Source of the DNA: Craspedostauros australis
Lineage: Eukaryota
NCBI GenBank assembly: GCA_030167865.1
Contig: JALAGF010006036.1
Coordinates: 1 to 40,287, forward strand
Length of the DNA: 40,287 nucleotides
Reading direction: 5' to 3'
Both the position numbers and the translations under genes were made by a program. Shown here piece after piece: positions 11,185-20,438 of the stretch (positions are counted from its first letter, which is position 1; each line of letters opens with the position of its first letter). The notes beneath the pieces were generated by a model. That model searched no databases, was not told the origin of the DNA, and saw only the letters and a program-made list of their open reading frames with translations.

Positions 11185-13755
11185 GGAGGCGGCGAAAAGC
11201 ATTGTCAATGCAGCCATAGATAAGGAGCGGTTAATCAGTGGGCTATTTAGTTCTGTACGTTTATCCTCTTCCTGCGATGTATGGCGCAATTTCTTTGTCG
11301 TATCTCTGTCTCTTTTGTTTGTTGTCATCCATGTTTTGGGATCCTCCCCTGCAAGCAAATAGGTCATGTACTGGGACAACTGGTGGTGACAGCCATGAAC
11401 TGCCAGTGCGCGGAGAATCCAGAAGTGTGGGTACTTCCATGGGCCAGTGCATGCAAGCAGTACAGTAGGGGGCGCTGGTGGTAGACATCTACAGGCAAGC
11501 ACGGTGGAGCTCAAACCGCAAACGGAAACCAAACGTAGTGAATGGAGACGTAGGACTGTTTGGCGACAATGAAGTGAATGACACATCATGGGCAGGAACA
11601 TTGGCGCTGCACGAGAGACCGATGCCTCCAGAGTACAACGAACTTCCCCCTGGGAGAGTTGCCGATATAGGACGATTTGTTGATTGACAACTCGTGGCGC
11701 CAGTGGTCCACCCGTNAATCTTAGATGGAATTACATGTTGCACTTCTTGGCTCAAGCNACCCTACGTCGGCACGCAACCAACAGCGGCAATCATCCAAAG
11801 GCCTACTCACAACCAGATCTCTTTTGCTCTTTTTGCATCTTTTGTTAGTCGCTGCCTCTCTTGAAGCACATATAGACATCCGTTGCGGCGCTACCATGTA
11901 CTCATTGCATGAGACTTCACGCAGCACTATCTCAAGTGATCAGTGGTACGGTTTGAATCTCCCTTGCCCCTCTGCTGCGGTGCATTGCGTGTTTCTGTGC
12001 TCGTATCGATGGTTCCTTGTGTACGCATTCTTTCTCTGGAGTAAACATTTGGCAACAGCTGGATCCTGAACTGGTACGGCTGGTGACGATGGGCACCCAG
12101 CTGCCAGTGTGCGAAGAATCCAGGGGTGCAGAGACTTCTGCAGGTGGGCGCATGCAAACAGTTGCATAACAATTGACTTCTACTTTTTTCTGTTTACTCT
12201 GATCGCATCAGTGCTCATATGCAAACAATCCATCACACATCGCACTCCCCGCACGCGAGGAAGCAGAGAGAACAAAGGATGGACTGGGGATTGATTTGAA
12301 GAAGTGGCCTCCTTTGAAGCACGTACTCCATTGGTTCTGTTAGTTGTGAAGGACACACAGACCCTACAACAAAGAGTGCCCAGATCGCGCCATGAAGCAA
12401 CTCCCAGATGCCTGAGACGAGATGCCAACGATTGCAATCGTCAGGTGCAGGAATGCTTTTGTTGCCGCCATTTCGGAATGCGTTCAGGATGCTGGTATGC
12501 AACCCCAGCANNNNNNNNNNNNNNNNNNNNNNNNNNNNNNNNNNNNNNNNNNNNNNNNNNNNNNNNNNNNNNNTACTTCGCAGGATCTGCGTGCTTGATG
12601 GTTCGAGAGGACTCAGCGTTTCCGCCATACTTCCTCGTTGTATCACGCACAGCACAGGGACATCGTCAGGATGATAATCCCAATCGTAATCGCAACAGTC
12701 ACGATCGTTGCCGTCGTCGCCATTGTCCCAATCCAGGAGCACGTTGTTGTCTGTATTCATGTCATCACTACAATCAGGGATGATGTTGTCAACGCCATCC
12801 TGTACCAACGGAAACAGCTGAGCACCTTTCACCGATCGGAGACAAGTGGAACCATGGGAAGAATCATGGACGGAACGACGGGGCGAACGAGAGAGAGGCG
12901 ACATGATGCGATACTACGAGGAGGATGAGAGTTAAAGGAGGCTGTGTACAACGGGGAGTGCGTCGTGGTTGAGGATTGGGAGAATGGCTAGAGGCAAGGA
13001 AGAAGCAAACGCTGAGGGGCTCCACTCCGCCAGCAACAGTACATGTTTACAACACACAACATCCATGTACGAAATGTGATGTGTGATTTTGAGAGCAAAG
13101 CAGTTTCGGCCACCCAGGATTGATTGGAAGGAGGTGGAAAAACCGAAGTCTGGACACCCACCCGTCAAAATCCCCGTGAATGCGAAACACGAACCAAGCA
13201 CACAACGCGGAAAACTGCGAGAGGGGAAGGCTAGGGGCATCAAAATAAGTTATATCATATCTCTTGAACCACATCTTCTATGAAGCTCAAAGTCTCCAGG
13301 TATAGGTTTTAGAAGGTTATGAAGACGTCTATGTGGTTTATATTGTGTTTAGAGACAACAAACCTCGAGCTCCTCACGAGGTCTCTCGATGGGGCATATG
13401 TGGTTTATCTGCAACAGGGTCATAATATAGAATAATAGCCACAATGCTTGGCTCCGTCAAGAGGGTGGAATGTGGAATGTGGATTGTGGATGTTGGTGTG
13501 GGATGGGATGGGACGGTGTAATAACACGAGTGAGTGCGCGTTGCTAAGATTTTCGTCTTTGGCTACCAAAGAACGGCCGCAGCAGTTACTGTTCCCAACG
13601 TCAAAGGATACAACAGTCCAACGCGTTCGCAGAACAGCTGCGTTTCGCGTGACCTTGAGTGATCACGGGTTTGGCCACGTGCGAAAGAACTTTGCGAAAA
13701 AGATGCCCAACGTCCGCACCGAGTCGAAGGACGGACGGAAACTTCGGCAAAGGGG

Positions 13756-13930
13756 CAAACCGGGATACGTACGAAACCGTTGAAACGGCGTTACACGATA
13801 GCCGCCACTACCAATCATGCACAACACAGCAATAAGACAACTGCGCTGACGCATACGACATCGATAAGACTCATAATCTGCATCTTTACTCTTTTTCACT
13901 CTAAATCAGTTTCACGTGTGTCGTAACTTG
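13756..13930 (+). repeat. 5' LTR (175 bp, CAA...TTG)
   Basis: Identical to 19976-20150 by eye. Confidence 0.95.
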
Positions 13931-14406
13931 GTTTATCATTCTCATCCGCTTATGCGGGCATGTGCGAGCGTGCAGGGACCGCCTGAAGAGGCGACGATAA
14001 CACTGGGACCCCGCTCCGAGGGTGGACCGTCACCAAGCCGGCACTGCTTGTATTGTGCTGCATCCTCTTTGACCATGGTGTGTTGATGCAGAGTGACCGG
14101 CATCAACGGGATGCAATCCTGCCGTTCGCATTGCGAGGTTTGGATGACACCGGTGGACGCACCGACCGTAGGTCACACGGAGATCCCTACTGAGACACAC
14201 GCTGTTATCAGCGAAAAGATCGTGTGCCTTGTTGCCCGGTCTGTGCTTCTCATCGTGGATCGACACCGCGAAAACACACGTTGAAACGCTTTTTCACGTC
14301 GAAAACACACCATGTCCCAGTGTGATTTTCTTGACAACACAATCTCTCTCCCTTCACTACTTCTCTCTCATCCTCATCAACAACACTATACACGAACATC
14401 AACAAC

Positions 14407-15900
14407 ATGGCAGCCGCTGCAAACCCCAACGTCAACGAGATACGTGATTATTGCAAGAACGTACTCAGCTTTCCTGATGATGACATCGTCGACGCCTTGG
14501 AGGATCAAGGTCTGACCAAATTCGACGATTTCCTCTCCATCACTGACGAAGGCGTTACTGCCCTGTGCAAGCGCATCTGTGACGGTAGCGGATTCATCGA
14601 AAATCCTGCATACAAGGCGGGAGCCAAGGGCAACATACCACCGCAAATCAAGGACCCAGGCATCAGCGTTGGTTGGGTTCATGAAACGAAACTGCGCCAA
14701 CTTCGCTATGCACGATTCCACTTCCAACGTATTCAACGCCCCTTTACGGCAGCAGAGGCGCCCATGGATCGCCTCGTTGCGCTGTGGGAGCTCTTCCTCG
14801 AAGAACAACGTATCAAGAAGGAAACCGAGATGGACATGCCAGAACGGCTGGTCAAAGTTGACCGTGTCCGTGACAGCCTCGAAGACATTCAGAACTACTT
14901 GGAGAACACACATGGTGCACTCGACGCTCCGCTTTCCTATGTGATCCGTGAGGATTCACGTAAACCTGAAGACCGCACACCAGCCATCAATGACGGGTTT
15001 GGTGTACCCACCATGAAGGAGGAGCTGATCGATCGTGCAATCCATGAAGGCATCCGCTACGATGCTGACAACGCAAAAGTGTGGCAGGTCGTTCGCCATG
15101 TCACACATGGCGGACCTGCATGGGCTTGGGTCCAAGGCTTCGAGCGCGCACGCAATGGCCGTGCAGCATTCATTGCTCTCAAGGAACACTATCACGGCGA
15201 CTCCTTTCAGGCGCGCACCAAGGCAGCAGCATCCAAGACGATTGCCACCAGTTTCTACGACGGCAAATCACGCCAGTTCTCATTCGAACGATACGCACAG
15301 ATCATGAAAGGCGCATTCGAAGACATGGCAAGATGTGGTGAACCACTTGTGAACGCGGCGAAAGTGCGCCACTTCCTCGACGGTATCCGTGATTCTCGTC
15401 TCGACAGTGCATGCGTTGCTATCAAGATCAACAAAGCCCTTCGTGAAGACTTGCCCGGGGCCATCAATGTCCTGAGCGAAGTCATTGACCACAAGCAAAT
15501 CGCGTCACCCAGACGTTCTATTGGCTCGATGGACCGTGGCAAGGGCGGTCGTGGCAACCGCAACGGAACACCAAGCAAGGGTGGTCGTGGAGGCCAAGGC
15601 AAACCCAAGAAATATGATCCGAACATGGTCATCACCGATCGCCACTACTCACCCGACGAATGGTCGGTCATGTCATCCGCACAGAAGACCAAGGCACTCG
15701 AGATGCGTGCGGAACGAGACAAGCGCCGTGGGGTTATGTCGGTGGGCAGAAACACACCTTCGAAGCGTCCGCATGAAGAGACGGCTGGCCATTACGGGCC
15801 AACTGATGCTGCTAATCAAGGCGGTAGTCCATCTGGCACCAACAATCAAGCTGGAATCGGCAGCATGGCCACTCGTCGCAACCAACAAGGACGTTCTTGA
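14407..15900 (+). CDS. gag: Gag-like protein of the copia element (497 aa)
   Basis: First long ORF after the 5' LTR. Contains PLSYVIR, GPAWAWV...NGRAAFIALKEHY and KVRHFLDGIRD, with an RGG-rich C-terminus. Confidence 0.9.
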   Translation: MAAAANPNVNEIRDYCKNVLSFPDDDIVDALEDQGLTKFDDFLSITDEGVTALCKRICDGSGFIENPAYKAGAKGNIPPQIKDPGISVGWVHETKLRQLRYARFHFQRIQRPFTAAEAPMDRLVALWELFLEEQRIKKETEMDMPERLVKVDRVRDSLEDIQNYLENTHGALDAPLSYVIREDSRKPEDRTPAINDGFGVPTMKEELIDRAIHEGIRYDADNAKVWQVVRHVTHGGPAWAWVQGFERARNGRAAFIALKEHYHGDSFQARTKAAASKTIATSFYDGKSRQFSFERYAQIMKGAFEDMARCGEPLVNAAKVRHFLDGIRDSRLDSACVAIKINKALREDLPGAINVLSEVIDHKQIASPRRSIGSMDRGKGGRGNRNGTPSKGGRGGQGKPKKYDPNMVITDRHYSPDEWSVMSSAQKTKALEMRAERDKRRGVMSVGRNTPSKRPHEETAGHYGPTDAANQGGSPSGTNNQAGIGSMATRRNQQGRS

Positions 15901-15936
15901 CCGCAAGGTCACACACGGCGGCTTACATCCATCAGC

Positions 15937-18900
15937 ATGTCTCTGCCATCTGATACCCCACGGGCAGAACTCGATTCGCATGCGGATACATGCTGTTTTG
16001 GTAACACTGCGTACATTGTGCATCAGACCGACCAAACCGTCACTGCAACCCCTTTTATTGACTCACTTGGGTCCATCGATAATGCACCAATCGTCACAGC
16101 TGCGATAGCATACGATGACCCAATTACATATCAAACATTCATTCTTTTCTTTCCACAATCGATCTATTTTCCTCGTCTTGAACATCCTTTGTTGTGCCCA
16201 AACCAAATGAGGGCTGCGGGTATAGTCGTGAATGATGTTCCTCTGCTCATGATCAAAGAGCACGAACGGAAGCCGGAAGACCACTCTGTGGTCTCATCCG
16301 ACGACGACCTACACATCCCTCTACGATTGCAAGGCACTGTATCCTACTTCCACATGAGGAAGCCAACACAACAAGAAGTCCAATCCGATCGTGACTGTAT
16401 ACACATCACGATGACACAAGAGGCCACATGGGACCCCTCCCAGTGGTCGTCAGGGGACGACGAAGATGCCATCCGTGCGTCTCTCTCATCACAACGAACC
16501 ATATCGTCCATTCACATCCACGGTACACACACGTCCAACCGAAAGGGGACTATCACACCCGACGTCCTCGCACAACGCTGGCGCATCGGAACAGAAGCTG
16601 CATCACGCACGCTGGACGCCACCACACAATTGGCCATTCGTGACTTTCGTCATTCATCAGGTACACGTCGTCTCAACCCATATGCCATGCAACTACGATA
16701 TCGTCGGCTCAACACCCAACTGTACGCCGATACCATGCACGCAAAGACCAAGTCGATTCGTGGCAACAAATGCGCCATGATATACTGTACACCGTTTCAC
16801 TGGGTCCGAGTGTACCCAATGGCGGAACGCAAGGAAGCACATCGCACACTTGACGAACTGTTTCGTGACCACGGCATCCCACACACCATCATTCCTGATA
16901 ACGCCAAGGAGCTCGTCGCTGGCGAATTCCGTCGCAAACTACACAAAGCACAAGTTTCCATCCGACCGATCAAAGCATACATCCATAATCAGAACAAAGC
17001 AGAAGCAACCATCCGTGAGCTTTGACGTCACTATCGGCGGCTGATGACCTCGACCGATACACCAGAGTACCTGTGGGACTACTGCTTCGAGTACTGTGCC
17101 GAGATACGCAGTCACACTGCACTCGCCATCCATGATCTTCACGGCGAGACACCGGCCACCATCTTGTCCGGTGACACTGCTGACATCTCTCACATTGCTG
17201 AATTTGGCTGGTTTGACTTCGTGTGGTACATCAATATCCAAGATGCATCCATGAACGTCAAGCAGCTTGGTCGATACCTTGGGCCAAGTCGCTCTGTTGG
17301 TGATGCAATGTGCTCGTACATCCTCACTGCCAATGGCGTTGTTGTTTCCAAATCCTCTGTTTTGCCTCTCTCTCACGACGACACACACAGTGATGTAATC
17401 GCGTATAAATGTAATGAGTTCATGGACACACTTCGATCCAAATGGAAGCAACGAATGGAGGGCATCACAATCGACGATGACGGCGACGACATTGACGATA
17501 CTGCAGCAGACATCGCCATTCTGCAGAACACTGAACCATTGGAACAAATCGTGGAACCAGACGATGTTGACAGCGCGACCTTCGACAAATACATTGCAAC
17601 TAAAGTCATTCTACCGACAGGGGACGAAATGCAACATGGAACAGTCAAACAACGCAAACGGGACACAGAAGGCAACCTCATCGGTCGCTCTCATCCGAAT
17701 CCTATGCTTGACACCGCCCAATACGAAGTCGAATTCCTTGATGGACACCACGAAGTGTTCAGCGCCAACCAAATCGCGGAGAACATCTATGCGCGCATCG
17801 ATGACGACGGATATACGACTATGCTGATGGACGAAATCATCGACCACAAACGCTTGCCCTCTGTTTCTTCTCCTTCTCCCCATTCCAAATCCACAAAAGG
17901 CTGGAAACTCTGCATCCGATGGAAGGACGGGTCCACATCCTGGATTCACCTACGCGATGCAAAAGAAGCCGACCCAGTACGCGTTGCCGAATACGCTGCA
18001 GACAACAAGCTCGTCAACGAACCCGCATTCAAATGGCGGGTACCACACACCCTACGCAAACGACAACGCATCATCATGGCAACGAAGCGACGACACGTCC
18101 GAAAGAACGAGATGTTCGGCGTGGAGCTTCCTACATCAGTGCGTCACGCACTCGCGATTGACACAGCTACAGGCACGGATCTGTGGCGACAGGCCATTGC
18201 GAAAGAAATGAAGGCCGTGCGACCAGCATTCGATATCAAGGAACTGGATACTCCCGATCCTGTGGGCTACCAATACATGGAATGCCACATGATATTCGCC
18301 GTCAAGGTGGACCTCACCAGAAAGGCGCGACTTGTCGCTGGGGGACACATGACGGAGACACCTGCAACAATCACATACGCGAGTGTGGTGTCACGCGAAA
18401 GCGTACGCATCGCGTTTTTGATCGCCGCACTCAACGACTTGGACATCCTTGCTGCGGATGTGCAGAATGCATACCTCAACGCCCCATGTCGAGAACGCAT
18501 ATACACGCGATGCGGTCCGGAGTTTGGATCCGATCAGGGGAAGATCGCAATCATTTGTCGGGCCCTGTACGGATTGAAGTCGAGTGGAGCAGCATGGAGA
18601 GCACACTTGGCAGAGACACTGCGCGATTCGTTGGGATTCACATCCTGTCGTGCTGACAGCGACGTCTGGATGAAGCCTGCTGTTGCGAGCGATGGGTCAG
18701 AGTATTACGAATACGTGCTCGTGTACACCGATGACATCCTGGCTGTATCCAAACAACCACGACGCATCCTCGATGCGATTGACTCACACTTTTTTCCTCA
18801 AACCGAGTTCCATTGGCCCGCCTACAACATATCTTGGATCGACCATCTCGCAATTTCACCTCACTGCCGATCCGTCATGTCCCAAATGGAGCATGGGCTC

Positions 18901-19804
18901 ACAAGAATATATCAAGTCTGCTCTCAAGATCGTCACCAAATACCTCAACGACCACAATCTGCGACTCAAGACCAAAGCACCCAGCGTCCTACCGAACAAG
19001 TACCGACCTGAATTGGATGGATCGCAACTGTGTGACTCCGAGCAAACAACCTTCTATCAGCAACTCATTGGTATACTGCGCTGGACTGTGGAGCTTGGAC
19101 GAATCGACGTTTGCTGCGAGACCTCGATGATGGCATCGTACTGTGTCGCGCCACGAATTGGTCACTTGCATGCTCTCTTTCACATGTTCGCATACCTCAA
19201 ATCTCACGATCGTTCTCGCCTTGTTTTTGACGATGCATACATTGACAAACCGCCTGTGATGCAACCCAACTGGAACGATTTCTACCCTGACGCCCATGAG
19301 CAAATGCCTGCTGACATGCCACCGCCTCGCGGAAAGGAGGTTCAAATGACATGCTTTGTTGATGCTGATCATGCAGGTGACCGCGTCACGCGACGCTCAC
19401 GCACTGGTGTGCTTTTATTCCTGAATACATCACCGATACTGTGGTACAGCAAGAAACAGAACAGCATTGAGACATCCACATTCGGCAGCGAGTTCACAGC
19501 ACTCAAGGTTGCAACCGAGATCATCATCGGCATGAGATACAAGCTCCGCATGATGGGCATTCCACTTGACGGTCCAGCGGATGTACGGGTCGACAACCAG
19601 AGTGTGGTGTACAACTCCTCACTACCAGAATCACAATTGCGGAAGAAAGCCAATGCCATCGCATATCATTTCGTCCGAGAAAGCATCGCCGCGGGCATCT
19701 TGGTGGTCCAACATGAACCGTCAGAGACCAACTTATCCGACATGCTCACGAAACAACAACAAGGACCGAGACGAAAAGAACAAGCACAACGGGTCCTCTT
19801 CTGA
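15937..19804 (+). pseudogene. pol: Pol (protease, integrase, chromodomain-like, RT, RNase H), interrupted by one nonsense codon and one frameshift
   Basis: PR ELDSHADTCC; IN YADT...IIPDNA...AEATIREL; RT KARLVAGG, DVQNAYLN, ALYGLKSSG, YTDDIL; RNase H FVDADHAGD...SRTG, SEFTAL, NLSDMLTK. In-frame TGA at 17023-17025 and an extra T in the T6 run at 18790-18795. Confidence 0.93.
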
Positions 19805-19975
19805 CCTCGGCGCTGCACAATAGTACCCATGGGTGGTCAGTCATGGGCTCTGCTCATGACTGGTGGGATGAGCGCCCTGTGGTGTCCACATGCGGGGCAT
19901 GCAGCAGGTACATCCCGAATGCAACCAAAATGTGACGATACGACGGCTAGCACAGCCACCGCGCATCGAGGGGAC

Positions 19976-20150
19976 CAAACCGGGATACGTACGAAACCGT
20001 TGAAACGGCGTTACACGATAGCCGCCACTACCAATCATGCACAACACAGCAATAAGACAACTGCGCTGACGCATACGACATCGATAAGACTCATAATCTG
20101 CATCTTTACTCTTTTTCACTCTAAATCAGTTTCACGTGTGTCGTAACTTG
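19976..20150 (+). repeat. 3' LTR (175 bp, CAA...TTG)
   Basis: Identical to 13756-13930; preceded by PPT GAGGGG plus AC. Confidence 0.95.
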
Positions 20151-20438
20151 GGGGAAAAGCGAAGATGGCGCCGAACCCTGACACAGTTGTTGTTCTTTTC
20201 AGAGGATGGACATTGGTCAATAGAATGCACTACTCTACCTATGTATCAGTTTATCTCTGCATTGATAAAATCCTCCTGATCATACCCACTCGTGGATCTC
20301 CTTGCTTCTGTTTGGGCACTACCACCTATTCCCGACCTTGTATCTACGTGCGTGAATCTCCCGCCGTATCGTAGCCCGTGCGCACCTGGCCCCATTCGAT
20401 ACCGAATACGCGTCCTGCGCCTGCGCGAGAGCGGGAGC

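Larger units (their letters stand above)
4818..13421. mobile_element. 8.6-kb TIR-bounded (DNA transposon-like) element, decayed, superfamily unassigned
   Basis: Left end GACCCTGATGCAGATAAACC matches the reverse complement of the right end, GACCCTGTTGCAGATAAACC (19/20). Similarity continues through CCATCGAGAG. A subterminal TATAAACCAC lies at 4887-4896 and inverted at 13333-13342. ATAA flanks both sides (4814-4817, 13422-13425). Confidence 0.8.
13756..20150 (+). mobile_element. Full-length Ty1/copia LTR retrotransposon, CoDi-I-like (6395 bp)
   Basis: Two identical 175-bp direct repeats. GGGG flanks both ends (13752-13755, 20151-20154). Domain order is gag-PR-IN-(chromo)-RT-RNase H. PPT GAGGGG at 19968-19973. 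Confidence 0.97.

Noticed and set aside
13982..14040. CTGAAGA resembling a hammerhead ribozyme core in the copia leader
   Set aside because: No suitably placed GAAA or stem II; better explained as a simple CGCCT/AGGCG hairpin
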